Below are positions 20,220 through 29,836 of a stretch of 64,000 nucleotides of DNA, in pieces (the stretch's first letter is position 1; the number at the start of each line of letters is the position of its first letter). The DNA lies in the NCBI GenBank assembly GCA_045863235.1, contig BTUM01000027.1, positions 20,667 through 84,666 on the forward strand, written 5' to 3'. Source of the stretch: Candidatus Xenobia bacterium. Lineage in GTDB: Bacteria > Vulcanimicrobiota > Xenobia > Xenobiales > QWHO01. The notes under the pieces are model-generated. The model did no database searches. It was not told where the DNA came from and saw only the letters and a list, made by a program, of their open reading frames with translations. Made by a program: the position numbers and the translations under genes.

Positions 20220-21235
20220 AGAGCAGCCTGACCCTGGAGGCGGCCGGCCGCGAGGTCACCGTCACCAATCCCGACAAGGTCTACTTTCCGAAAGCGGGCA
20301 AGACCAAGCTCGATCTGGTGCGCTACTTCCTGAGCGTGGGCGAGGGGGCTCTGCGCGGGGTGCGCAACCGTCCCATGGTGCTCAAGCGCTTCGTGGACGG
20401 GGCCGAGGGCGAGCCGTTTTACCAGAAGCGCGCTCCCAGCCGTCCCGAATGGATCCGAACCTGCACGATCTCCTTCCCGAGCGGCCGCTCGGCCGACGAG
20501 GTGGTGCTCGACGAAGTGGCCGGCCTGGCCTGGGTGGCCAACCTGGGGTGCCTCGACCTCAACCCCTGGCCCGTACGCACCGAGGATGTGGACCGGCCCG
20601 ATGAACTGCGCATCGACCTGGATCCCACGCCCGGAGTGGAGTTCGCCCAGGTGCGCGAGGTGGCCCTGGTGGCTCGCGAGGTGCTGCGCGAGCACGATCT
20701 GGAAGGCTTCCCCAAGACCAGTGGCTCGCGCGGCATGCACGTCCTGGTGCGCATCGCGCCCCGCTGGGAGTTCTCCCAGGTTCGCCAGGCGGCCCTGGCG
20801 CTGGCCCGCGAAATCGAGCGGCGAGTGCCGGCCCTGGCTACCTCCAAATGGTGGAAGGAAGAGCGCCACGGCGTCTTTGTGGACTACAACCAGAACGCCC
20901 GCGACCGCACCGTGGCCTCGGCCTACTCGGTGCGCCCCACGAGCGACGCGCGCGTCTCCTGCCCGGTCACCTGGGCAGAGGTGCCCACGGTCGACCCGGC
21001 CGCCTTCACGATGGAGACTGTACCCCGACGTTACGCCGAGATTGGCGATCCCCACCAGGCGATCGACGAGCGAGCGGGCAGCCTGGAAAGCGTGCTCGAG
21101 CTGGCTAAAGGACAGGAGGATGCCCCCTGGCCGCCCCACTTTCGCAAGCAGAAAGCCGAGCCGCCCCGAGTCCAGCCCAGCCGCAGGCGCGCAAAGGCCC
21201 AAGAGGATTCTTCGAAATTCGACCGCGAAGGGTGA
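20216..21235 (+). CDS. LigD-type primase-polymerase domain protein (stand-alone Pol)
   Basis: TNPDKVYFP, FYQKR, IDLDP, KTSGSRGMH, DYNQN, AYSVR; TTG start overlapping the PilZ gene stop. Confidence 0.88.
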   Translation: MKSSLTLEAAGREVTVTNPDKVYFPKAGKTKLDLVRYFLSVGEGALRGVRNRPMVLKRFVDGAEGEPFYQKRAPSRPEWIRTCTISFPSGRSADEVVLDEVAGLAWVANLGCLDLNPWPVRTEDVDRPDELRIDLDPTPGVEFAQVREVALVAREVLREHDLEGFPKTSGSRGMHVLVRIAPRWEFSQVRQAALALAREIERRVPALATSKWWKEERHGVFVDYNQNARDRTVASAYSVRPTSDARVSCPVTWAEVPTVDPAAFTMETVPRRYAEIGDPHQAIDERAGSLESVLELAKGQEDAPWPPHFRKQKAEPPRVQPSRRRAKAQEDSSKFDREG

Positions 21236-21267
21236 GGGGAGAACTTCCTCCGGGGGAGCTTTGAACC

Positions 21268-22956
21268 ATGGCCGAACCCACTGCCACCCAGCAGCCCACG
21301 CCTTCGACCCAGACCAACAAGCTGCTCGAGCTTTGCCGAGCGGTACTCTCGGGTGAGCCGGGCAAGCTCAACGACCTCAATCTGTATTTGCAGGAGCGGG
21401 TGATGGCCCTGGATCAGGCCCGGGCCAGCTTTCTGGAGGCCGTGGGCGCCGAGGGGGAAGCCTTCGCGACCGCCTTCCGCGAGTCCATCGACGCGGTGCT
21501 CGAGACCTTCGAGCAGGTGGCCGAGGCTCAGGGCACCCTGGCCATGTTCTTGAAAGACCGCCAGATGGTGCACCTCGAGCGGGGGATCGACCAGCTGATC
21601 GGGGCCACCAACAACATGTACGTGGCTGTCACCCACTACGAGAGCCGTTATGCCCAAACCGGCCCCAGCCAGTTTCCCGTCCTGAACTTCTTTACCAAAG
21701 CCGTGGCCTCGCTCAAGGCCGGCGAGATGAGCGCCGACGACTTCCGGGTGGCCGTCGACGGGGGCCGCCAGTTCTTCGAGAAGGCCGTCGAAGAGATCGA
21801 CCAGAGCTCGAAGAAGGACGAGAAGGGGGTCCCCGAGCGTCGCGAGGCGTGCCTTCGTATCATTCAGGCCTTTCAGCAGATGGAGCGCAACCTGGGCGAG
21901 AGCGACCTGCTCGAGCTCGATCTGCGGCTGCTCGAGGAAGGCTTTGCCAAGATGGAGGCGGCCCTCAAGCTCTACCAGCAGGGCGCCTTCATGGAGACCC
22001 CCACGGAGTCTCCCTACGTCAACTGGGTCATCCATGCCGCCGAGGGCGTCAAGGCGGGCCAGTACCCACCCCAGATCCTCAAGGAAGCCCTCGACTTCCT
22101 CGAGAGCAACGTGCGCGAGGCGCGCCGTCAGTTCGAGAGCTCGGCCCAGGTGCCGGTTTCGTCGGCCGTGCTGCAAGACGAGATCCCCCGCACCCTGGAG
22201 GCCTTCGACCTGCACGACGAAGCCATTGCCCAGATGCGGGCCACCCTGCCCAATCCCACCCCCGAGCAGATCGACGCTGGCATCGCTGCCCTCACCAACG
22301 CCGTCAGCTCGCTCAAGGGCTCGGCCGACGTCTATCAGAACGTGGCCGACCGTGAGGGCAAGGTGCTCTGTCCTCGCTGCGGCCAGCCCAATATGCCCGA
22401 TGTCAGGGTTTGCACCCAGTGCGCGGGTCCGCTGCCCCGGGTGGCCGACCCCCAGTTCAGCCAGGGCGCCGCCTCGACCTTCGAGGTGCGCGAGACCGAC
22501 GAGCCGCGTCCTCAGCGCGAGGAGATGGTGATGACCACTCACCTCAAGCGCCTCTTCGACGCCTGCGAGGCCATCGACCAGAAGCAGATCACAGCCGAGG
22601 AATTTCTGGAGGTGCTCGACTGGGCCGAGGGGCTGCTCGAGCAGGGCGAGTCCCAACTGGAGAACGTTTCCCGTCCCGGCATCCCCACCGACCTCACCGA
22701 GGAAGAAGAAGAGTCCCTGCAAGACCAGCTCGGCCTGGTGGACGAGACGGTCGACCTCTTGCAGCAGGGCATCCAGGAGTTTCGCAACGGGCTGGAGGTC
22801 ATGCGCTCTTATCTCGACAAGCGCCAGCGCGATACCCTGGTGACCGGCATCCGCATCGTCTGGGAGGGCTCGCAGAAGATCTACCAGGTGCAGCGGATGG
22901 GCCAGTTGGCCGAGCAGATGGAGAACGAACCGGCCCCCGAGCCCCAGGAAGAGTGA
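21268..22956 (+). CDS. Acidic helical-repeat protein with internal zinc ribbon
   Basis: About four ~120-aa helical units; CPRC-x10-CTQC. Confidence 0.75.
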   Translation: MAEPTATQQPTPSTQTNKLLELCRAVLSGEPGKLNDLNLYLQERVMALDQARASFLEAVGAEGEAFATAFRESIDAVLETFEQVAEAQGTLAMFLKDRQMVHLERGIDQLIGATNNMYVAVTHYESRYAQTGPSQFPVLNFFTKAVASLKAGEMSADDFRVAVDGGRQFFEKAVEEIDQSSKKDEKGVPERREACLRIIQAFQQMERNLGESDLLELDLRLLEEGFAKMEAALKLYQQGAFMETPTESPYVNWVIHAAEGVKAGQYPPQILKEALDFLESNVREARRQFESSAQVPVSSAVLQDEIPRTLEAFDLHDEAIAQMRATLPNPTPEQIDAGIAALTNAVSSLKGSADVYQNVADREGKVLCPRCGQPNMPDVRVCTQCAGPLPRVADPQFSQGAASTFEVRETDEPRPQREEMVMTTHLKRLFDACEAIDQKQITAEEFLEVLDWAEGLLEQGESQLENVSRPGIPTDLTEEEEESLQDQLGLVDETVDLLQQGIQEFRNGLEVMRSYLDKRQRDTLVTGIRIVWEGSQKIYQVQRMGQLAEQMENEPAPEPQEE

Positions 22957-22999
22957 CCGGTGACCAGGGAGGCAGACCAAAGCTGGTGAATCTATTCGC

Positions 23000-23803
23000 G
23001 TGAGCCCCTCTTTGCGCTCGATGTTCCGCACCATGCCGGTCACCATGTGGCTGATCGCGCTGAGCCTGGCTGTCATTGTGGCCTTTGTGATCAGTCCGCG
23101 CCACGTTCTCGCCTTTGTGGCCGGCGATCCTCGCCAGTACCCCTGGACGCTATTCACCTACCCCTTCCTCACGGTCATGAACCCGCTGGGCTGGGCCTTC
23201 ATGATGGCCGTGCTGTGGTGGGTGGGCGGCCAGATGGAGTCTTTCTGGGGCTCGCGCAAGCTGCTGGTGGCCTGGCTCACGGTCAGCTGTCTGCATGACC
23301 TGGTCACGCTGCTCTGTACCGGCCGCCCCGAAGTCGGCATGACGCTGCCTCTGGGCTCGCTCTGCGTGGCCTGGACGGTGTTGAACCCGCGGGCCCAGAT
23401 CATGCTGATGCTGATCATTCCCGTGAGCGGAGTGATCTTCCGCTACATCACCCTGATGGGCATGTTCCTCTGGTCGGGCCTGTCGGGCAATCCTCTGTCG
23501 GGCGTGGGGGCCGTGCTGGTGGGCCTGGCAGCCGGCTACTGGACCGCCGTGAGCCCGGCCCGCCAACTCTGGCCCGGCAAGCCCCGCAAAGCCCGCAGCT
23601 CAAAGTCCAAAGCTCGCCTGAAGCTGGTCGAGAAGCCGCCCGCCAGCAACATCCTGGCCCCGGTGCCCGAGGTGAGCACAACCCTCGAAAGAGACATCGA
23701 CCGAATCCTGGACAAGATCCGGGTGGATGGCATCGGCGCCCTCACCCCCGAAGAGCGCCGCACCCTTGACGAGCACAGCGTGCGCCTGCGAAAAAGCGAC
23801 TGA
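23000..23803 (+). CDS. Rhomboid-like membrane protein with DUF6576-like C-terminal tail
   Basis: PWTLFTYPF, multiple TMs, IDRILDKI...GIGALTPEER tail; no clear GxSG. Confidence 0.7.
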   Translation: MSPSLRSMFRTMPVTMWLIALSLAVIVAFVISPRHVLAFVAGDPRQYPWTLFTYPFLTVMNPLGWAFMMAVLWWVGGQMESFWGSRKLLVAWLTVSCLHDLVTLLCTGRPEVGMTLPLGSLCVAWTVLNPRAQIMLMLIIPVSGVIFRYITLMGMFLWSGLSGNPLSGVGAVLVGLAAGYWTAVSPARQLWPGKPRKARSSKSKARLKLVEKPPASNILAPVPEVSTTLERDIDRILDKIRVDGIGALTPEERRTLDEHSVRLRKSD

Positions 23804-23812
23804 CCTTGCGAG

Positions 23813-25153
23813 GTGAGGGAAGCCGTCGAGCAGATCGGCCAGCTGATGGCCGCCCAGGAGATCGCCCACGTGCTGGTGGGCCTTTTCGATCTCAACGGCA
23901 CGCTGCGCGGCAAGCGGCTTTCGACCCCCCGCTTTCTCTCCGCTTTGAAAGACGGCTTCCGCTTCGGATCCATCCCGCTTTGTTGGGACGCCGCCGACAA
24001 CCTGATCGACTATCTCCAGCTCTATGAGGACCACCCGGGCTTTCCCGACTTTCCGGCCCGACTGCTCCCCGCCTCGCTGCGAGTGCTGCCCGTCGAGGGC
24101 AACATTCCCTTGTTCCTGGCCGAGTACGCTGAGTCAGGTCCGGGACGCGATTTCTGCTGCCGCTCGCTGCTGCGCCGGGTCACCCGCCGGCTCCAGGATG
24201 AGGGTTACGAGAGCATGGCGGGCATCGAGTATGAGTTCACCGTCTTCAACGAGTCCGAGCACAGCTGCCGCCAGAAGGCGTTTCGCGACCTGATCCAGGC
24301 CGGACCGGTGCCGGGAGGCTTCTCGGTCGTGGGCACCCTGGCCGAGTCGGAGTTCCACCGCGAGCTGATGGACGCCGCCGCCACCATGGGCCTGCAAATC
24401 GAAGCTCTGCACCACGAGACCGAGTCCCTGGAGGCCGCCCTGGCCCCGGCCCCGGCTCTGGATCTGGCCGACCGGGCGGCGCTCTTCAAGATGCTGGCCA
24501 GAGCGGTGGCCCGCCGCCACGGCAAGCTGGCCAGCTTCATGGCCCGCTGGACCGAGAAGGTGGCCCCCAACGGTGGGCACGTGCACCTCTCCCTTCGCGA
24601 CGGCGAGGGGGAGAACGTGTTCCGCTGCGAGGAGGGAGAGCTCTCGACTCCCATGGCCGGCTTTCTGGCCGGACTCCAACGACGCTTGCCCCAGCTGACC
24701 GCCCTGCTGGCTCCCTGGGTCAACTCCTATGCCCGCTTCTGGCCGCACTACGTGACCGCCAACCAGATGAGTTGGGGCATCGAGAACCGCACCTGCGCGG
24801 TGCGGGTCATCCCTGGCTCATCGGCCCGGCTCGAGATTCGGCTGCCCGGGGCGGACGCCAACCCTTACCTCACCCTGGCCGCCATTCTCGCCTGCGGGCT
24901 GGAGGGCATCCTGACCGGGGAGACCCCGACCGAGCCGATGGAGTGCCACTCCTACGACCGGGCCATGGACCCCGACTACCTGCTGCCGGCAACCCTGGGC
25001 CAGGCGGCCCGGGCTCTGCGCGAGTCCGAGTTTGCTCGCCAGACCCTGGGCGAGGTCTTCGTGGACCACTTCGCCGCCACTCGCGAGTGGGAGGAGCGCG
25101 AGTTCCGCAGCCAGGTGTCGGAGTGGGAGCTGCGCCGCTACTTGCTGCTCTAA
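23813..25153 (+). CDS. Glutamine synthetase-family ligase (gamma-glutamyl-polyamine synthetase-like)
   Basis: DLNGTLRGK, EYEF, NGGHVHLSL, WGIENRT, EIRLPGADANPYL. Confidence 0.85.
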   Translation: MREAVEQIGQLMAAQEIAHVLVGLFDLNGTLRGKRLSTPRFLSALKDGFRFGSIPLCWDAADNLIDYLQLYEDHPGFPDFPARLLPASLRVLPVEGNIPLFLAEYAESGPGRDFCCRSLLRRVTRRLQDEGYESMAGIEYEFTVFNESEHSCRQKAFRDLIQAGPVPGGFSVVGTLAESEFHRELMDAAATMGLQIEALHHETESLEAALAPAPALDLADRAALFKMLARAVARRHGKLASFMARWTEKVAPNGGHVHLSLRDGEGENVFRCEEGELSTPMAGFLAGLQRRLPQLTALLAPWVNSYARFWPHYVTANQMSWGIENRTCAVRVIPGSSARLEIRLPGADANPYLTLAAILACGLEGILTGETPTEPMECHSYDRAMDPDYLLPATLGQAARALRESEFARQTLGEVFVDHFAATREWEEREFRSQVSEWELRRYLLL

Positions 25154-25254
25154 GGCGCCCGAGACGTGCCCTGAGAACTTGTTTCGAACCGAAGCGGCGA
25201 AGTTCAGCCTATTCACCACAGTGCCGTGCGAGGAGTATAGAACCGCGGCCCATG

Positions 25255-25286
25255 AAAAAAGCCCCCCGGTTGCAGCGGGGGGCTTT
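25255..25286 (-). terminator. Intrinsic terminator (possibly bidirectional)
   Basis: AAAAAA-GCCCCCCG-loop-CGGGGGGC-TTT between convergent genes. Confidence 0.8.
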
Positions 25287-25308
25287 CTGCTGGTCGAGCG
25301 ACGGAGAG

Positions 25309-26325
25309 CTAGATGGCCATTCCGCCGAAGTTGGGCTGCTGGATGCCACCCAGACCCGGGACGTTCTGCCCGAGGCCGAGGCCCTGAGCCAGGGGGTTCT
25401 GCTGGCCGAACTGGCCGAGCTGCTGGGCACCGCCGCCGCCACCCAGGGCAGCCTGCACCAGAGCGTGAGTCTCCGGCTTGATCTGCTGGGCAGACTGCGG
25501 GTTCTGGATAGCCTGGGCGTAGGACTGGGCGAGCTGGGCTTTGAGCGGGTTGCCGCCACCCTGCTGGAGCGGGTTGGCTCCGAACGGCTGCTGGCCGCCG
25601 AAGGGCTGCTGTCCACCGGGCTGGCCCGCACCGAGTCCGGCCTGGAAACCGGCCATAAGCGGGTTGCCACCACCAGCGGCACCGGGAGCGCCCACACCGG
25701 GGATTCCTCCCTGCTGGCCGAACTGCTGCTGTCCGAAGGGCTGCTGCCCACCGAGACCGCCACTCTGCATGAGGACCTGAGCCGCCATGCCCTGAAGCTG
25801 GGAGTTGATGTCGCCCTGGCCCTGGCCGGGCTGCTGGGCCTGCTGCGGTCCGCCAGCCTGCTGAGGCCCGCCGCCGCCGCCAGCCGGGGGAGCGCCGCCG
25901 CCACCGCCCTGCTCGCCGCCGCCGCCGCCGCCTTTGTCGCCGCCGCCGCCAGCGCCTTCACCGGGCTTGTTGCCGCCCATCTCGGCCAGCTTCTTCTTGA
26001 GATCCTCGATCTCTTTGTTGAGATCCTCGATCTCTTTGCCCTTACCAGGCTTTTCGCCCTCTTTGCCCTCCCCGGGCTTCTTGCCTTCGCCTGGCTTCTC
26101 GCCATCACCCTTGATGTCGACTTTGTCCTTAGGATCCTCTGGCTTTTTGGCGTCGTCCGCTTTCTTGGCTTCGCCAGGCTTTTTGGCTTCAGCAGCCTTT
26201 TTCGCATCGGCTGCGCCGGCAGCCTTGTTCTGGGTCGCACCTTTGTTCGCCTGAGGCTGTTGCCGCTGAGGCTGCGTCCGCTGAGAACCACCACTACCGC
26301 TAGTCTTACTCACTCCACCAGCCAT
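25309..26325 (-). CDS. Gly/Gln/Lys-rich low-complexity protein, candidate secreted substrate
   Basis: SD AAAGGAG; 338 aa; no Cys or Trp; no Sec signal; own terminator. Confidence 0.8.
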   Translation of the reverse strand: MAGGVSKTSGSGGSQRTQPQRQQPQANKGATQNKAAGAADAKKAAEAKKPGEAKKADDAKKPEDPKDKVDIKGDGEKPGEGKKPGEGKEGEKPGKGKEIEDLNKEIEDLKKKLAEMGGNKPGEGAGGGGDKGGGGGGEQGGGGGAPPAGGGGGPQQAGGPQQAQQPGQGQGDINSQLQGMAAQVLMQSGGLGGQQPFGQQQFGQQGGIPGVGAPGAAGGGNPLMAGFQAGLGAGQPGGQQPFGGQQPFGANPLQQGGGNPLKAQLAQSYAQAIQNPQSAQQIKPETHALVQAALGGGGGAQQLGQFGQQNPLAQGLGLGQNVPGLGGIQQPNFGGMAI

Positions 26326-26397
26326 TCTTCATTTCTCCTTTGCTCAAGACAGGTTAGGCACATCTTACCACCGGCTCCTCGGTCATGCATAGAGCAC

Positions 26398-26458
26398 TTG
26401 TAACATGAAGTTTGCCGATGTTAACAAATAAAGACGGAACGTAAACAGCCTGTTAACT
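26398..26458. promoter_or_regulatory. Cluster of TGTTAACA-like boxes
   Basis: TTGTAACA 26398, TGTTAACA 26419, CGTAAACA-gcc-TGTTAACT 26440-26458. Confidence 0.6.
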
Positions 26459-28837
26459 CGAGGTCAAAGGGGGAAGGGCCACCTCCAGCACTTCTTCCAT
26501 CCCTTCCACGAAAACGAAGTCCAGCTTGGACTTGACGTTCTCGGGCACATCCTGCAGGTTCTTCTGGTTGGCCCGGGGCAGCACCACGCGCTGAACGCCG
26601 GCGTTGTAGGCGGCCAGAACCTTCTCCTTGATCCCTCCCACCGGCATGACCCGCCCCCGCAGCGTGATTTCTCCTGTCATCACCACGCTCCAATCGACCG
26701 GCAGCCGGGTGACGGCCGAAACCAGAGCCGTGGCCATGGTAATTCCGGCCGAGGGACCGTCCTTGGGGATGGCCCCCGAGGGTACGTGCAGATGCAAGTC
26801 GTGGGCATAATAATCGAACGGGATTCCCTGACGACCACAGTAGCTGCGGACCCAGGTGGCGGCCGCTCGAGCCGATTCCTTCATGACCTGGCCCAGGGAT
26901 CCGGTCAGAACCAGCCGCCCTTTCCCCTCGGTCAGGTTAGCCTCGATCAGCAAGACCTCCCCCCCCACCGAGGTCCAGGAGAGGCCTCGAGCCGCTCCCA
27001 GGAGGTCGCGGGGCTCGCGCTCATCGCACCCCCACTCGAAGATGGGCACCCCCAGCGCTTTCTCCAGGTGACGTGGCAAAACTGGCCCGGGCCTTCGTCC
27101 GAGCACCTTCTCGACCACCTGCCGGGCCCGTTTACGGCACAGCCTGGCGATCTGGCGGTCGAGATTGCGAACCCCGGCTTCCCGAGTGTAATTGCGGATA
27201 ATGGCCCGAACGGTCTCCTCGGGCAGGCCGAGCTGGCGAGAGCTCAGTCCGTGGGCCTCCAACTGCCGGGGTACCAGGAAGCCCAGTGCGATGTGTATCT
27301 TCTCCTCTTCCGTGTAGCCGGGAATTCGAATCACTTCCATGCGGTCACGCAAAGCTGGAGGAACCGGGTCGAGCAGGTTGGCGGTCAGCAAGAACATGAC
27401 CTCGGAGAGGTCCACTGTGACTCCCAGATAGTGGTCCTTGAACTCCTTGTTCTGCTCGGGATCGAGCGCCTCGAGCAGCGCGGCCGAGGGGTCGCCACGA
27501 AAATCCAGGCCGAGCTTGTCGATCTCATCGAGCACGAGCACCGGGTTCTTACTCTTGGCCTGACACAAAGACTGCACGATGCGTCCGGGGAAGGCGCCCA
27601 CATAGGTGCGCCGATGCCCGCGGATCTCCGCCTCGTCCCGCACCCCTCCCAGCGAGGTGCGATGGAACTTCCGACTCAAGGCCCGAGCGATCGAGCGCCC
27701 CAGGGAGGTCTTCCCCACCCCAGGAGGGCCCACAAAGCAGAGGATGGGGCCCTTGTGGGCCCCCGCCAGCTGACGCACGGCCAGGAACTCCAGGATGCGC
27801 TCCTTGACGTCTTTGAGCCCAAAGTGGTCCTCGTCCAGGCAGGCTGCCGCTCGCTTGAGGTCGAGCTGGTCCTCGGTGCGAGAGCTCCACGGTACCTGGA
27901 GCAGCCAGTCGAGGTAAGTGCTCAGAACCGTCCGCTCGGCGGCCGCAGGAGGGGTGCGCTCGAGCTTCTTGAGCTCTTTCTCGGCATGCTCGCGAACGTC
28001 GCTGGGAAGCTCGGCTCGGGCGATCGTGTCGGCCAGTTGGCGAACCTCCTCCTCATCCTCGTCCCCGCTCCCGAGCTCTTCCTGGATCGCCCGCAGCTGC
28101 TGGCGCAGGAAGTACTCCCGTTGCCCCTTCTCCATCTCGCGCTCGGCCCGCGACTGGAGTCGGTTCTCGATCTTGAGCACCTCGAGCTCGCGCGACAGAT
28201 GCACCGACACCAGCCTGAGCCTCTCTCCGGCGTGAGCACACTCGAGCAGGACCTGCTTCTCGGCCAGTCCGGTGTCCAGGTGAAAACCGATGACATCGGC
28301 CAGGTGACCGGGGTCGGTAATGTTGATGAGAGCGACGAGCAACTCGGGTGGAACGTCCTTGCCCAGGTCGACCGCCTGACGAAACTGGTTGAGCACCACC
28401 TGCATCCCGGTGCGGGCCGCTTCCTCGCTGCCCCCCCGCTCGGCCAGCATGCGGATGCTGACCCGAAAGAAGGGTTTGCTCTGCCGCGTGCGCAGGATGC
28501 GGGCCCGCTCAAGCCCCTGCACCACGACGCGGTAGCCCCCTTCGGGAAGTCGCAGCGCCTGCAGGATGCTGCAGTAAGTTCCCACCGTGTAGAGGTCCCG
28601 CCGGCCCGGTTGATCCAGCCCCGGGTCTCGCTGGGTGACCACGAAGAGGCCGCGCTCGTGCTCCAGTGCTCTCTCCAGCGCCCGCACGCTGGGCTCGCGC
28701 CCCACCAGCAAAGGCATGATGAGATGCGGGAACAAGACCACTTCCTTCAGGGCCATGAGCTCAACCTCGCGCTGAGCCGGCTCGTCGGAGACCGGCTCAG
28801 GCAGCGGAAGCACGTTGCGAATTCGGCGCCGAGCCAT
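26453..28837 (-). CDS. lon: Lon ATP-dependent protease
   Basis: LON N-domain, [27 protein letters not shown] (catalytic Ser), GGIKEK. Confidence 0.97.
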   Translation of the reverse strand: MARRRIRNVLPLPEPVSDEPAQREVELMALKEVVLFPHLIMPLLVGREPSVRALERALEHERGLFVVTQRDPGLDQPGRRDLYTVGTYCSILQALRLPEGGYRVVVQGLERARILRTRQSKPFFRVSIRMLAERGGSEEAARTGMQVVLNQFRQAVDLGKDVPPELLVALINITDPGHLADVIGFHLDTGLAEKQVLLECAHAGERLRLVSVHLSRELEVLKIENRLQSRAEREMEKGQREYFLRQQLRAIQEELGSGDEDEEEVRQLADTIARAELPSDVREHAEKELKKLERTPPAAAERTVLSTYLDWLLQVPWSSRTEDQLDLKRAAACLDEDHFGLKDVKERILEFLAVRQLAGAHKGPILCFVGPPGVGKTSLGRSIARALSRKFHRTSLGGVRDEAEIRGHRRTYVGAFPGRIVQSLCQAKSKNPVLVLDEIDKLGLDFRGDPSAALLEALDPEQNKEFKDHYLGVTVDLSEVMFLLTANLLDPVPPALRDRMEVIRIPGYTEEEKIHIALGFLVPRQLEAHGLSSRQLGLPEETVRAIIRNYTREAGVRNLDRQIARLCRKRARQVVEKVLGRRPGPVLPRHLEKALGVPIFEWGCDEREPRDLLGAARGLSWTSVGGEVLLIEANLTEGKGRLVLTGSLGQVMKESARAAATWVRSYCGRQGIPFDYYAHDLHLHVPSGAIPKDGPSAGITMATALVSAVTRLPVDWSVVMTGEITLRGRVMPVGGIKEKVLAAYNAGVQRVVLPRANQKNLQDVPENVKSKLDFVFVEGMEEVLEVALPPLTSS

Positions 28838-28994
28838 AAGGCCATACTTTTCTCGCCGGTCAGGCCCTCTCCTCGCCCAGGCCGCCCATCAGGGCCGATT
28901 TGTCCGGTTGGCAACAAACTGGAAATACAGGGATAACAAAGCACCGAAGGTCGCCGGCTTATCGTGCAGGACAAGACCGCTCAGGAGGCCAGCC

Positions 28995-29114
28995 GTGAAC
29001 ATCCAGATCATTCCCATCGAATCGAACGACCCGCTCATGGTCGAAGTACCCCTGGAGCAGCCGATGGTCGAGCTGGCCAATCCCAGGTTGCGGGCCGCCG
29101 ACCTCTGCCTGTAA
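28995..29114 (+). CDS. Putative 39-aa small protein
   Basis: SD AGGAGG before GTG 28995; stop TAA 29114. Confidence 0.4.
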   Translation: MNIQIIPIESNDPLMVEVPLEQPMVELANPRLRAADLCL

Positions 29115-29220
29115 GGCAATGCCAAAGCTTATGGTCGCTGGGCGGGGAGTTCGCACTCCGCTTTATAAGTCAGCCCCCCTGAGTGAGGGCAGGTCGATCG
29201 TCGGCCTCTTCAGGTCCAAC

Positions 29221-29254
29221 AAAAAAGCCTCGGAGTTGCTCCGAGGCTTTTTTT
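29221..29254. terminator. Bidirectional intrinsic terminator after tRNA
   Basis: AAAAAAGCCTCGGAG-TTG-CTCCGAGGCTTTTTT. Confidence 0.85.
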
Positions 29255-29340
29255 GGTGCGGAAGGGGAGACTCGAACTCCCACGGGCGTAAGCCCACTGG
29301 ACCCTGAACCCAGCGCGTCTGCCAATTCCACCACTTCCGC
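29254..29340 (-). tRNA. tRNA-Leu (CAG)
   Basis: GCGGAAG acceptor stem, GGAATTGGCAGAC D-arm, TT-CAG-GG anticodon loop, long variable arm, GTTCGAGT, encoded CCA. Confidence 0.95.
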
Positions 29341-29350
29341 AGGTCGGGCG

Positions 29351-29836
29351 TTATCCTAGCACAGGGCTGGCGCCTCCGTCAATGGCCTGCAACTCCGACT
29401 GCTCCCGAGCCATCTGATCGCACGCTTCGTTGTGCTCGTGGCCGGCATGGCCTTTGACGTGCTCCCAGGTCACATAGTGCTTACGAGCGGCCTCCAGCAA
29501 GCTCTGCCACAGGTCCTGATTCTCCACGTCCTTCCTGGCAGAAGTGCGCCACCCGTTTCTTTGCCAGCGGTCCAGCCAGTTCTGGTTGAAAGCTTGCACC
29601 AGATAACTCGAATCGCTGTAGATGGCCACTCGAACCTTGGAGCGGGTCAGACTTCGCAATGCCTCCAGGGCCGCCGTCATTTCCATGCGATTGTTGGTGG
29701 TGTGCGCTTCGCCTCCGCAGATGTCACGCACTTTCCCCGTGGGCACGTGGATCAGACGGGCAGCCCACCCTCCGGGACCCGGGTTCCCCTTGCAGGCGCC
29801 ATCGGTATAAACGATGACTTCAGGCTGATTGGCTAC
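29351..29836 (-). CDS. rnhA: Ribonuclease HI
   Basis: YTDGACKGNPGPGGW (upstream of the tracked ORF start), TTNNRME, SDSSY, HVKGHAG...NEACD; start codon non-canonical or uncertain. Confidence 0.93.
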   Translation of the reverse strand, partial: VANQPEVIVYTDGACKGNPGPGGWAARLIHVPTGKVRDICGGEAHTTNNRMEMTAALEALRSLTRSKVRVAIYSDSSYLVQAFNQNWLDRWQRNGWRTSARKDVENQDLWQSLLEAARKHYVTWEHVKGHAGHEHNEACDQMAREQSELQAIDGGASPVLG

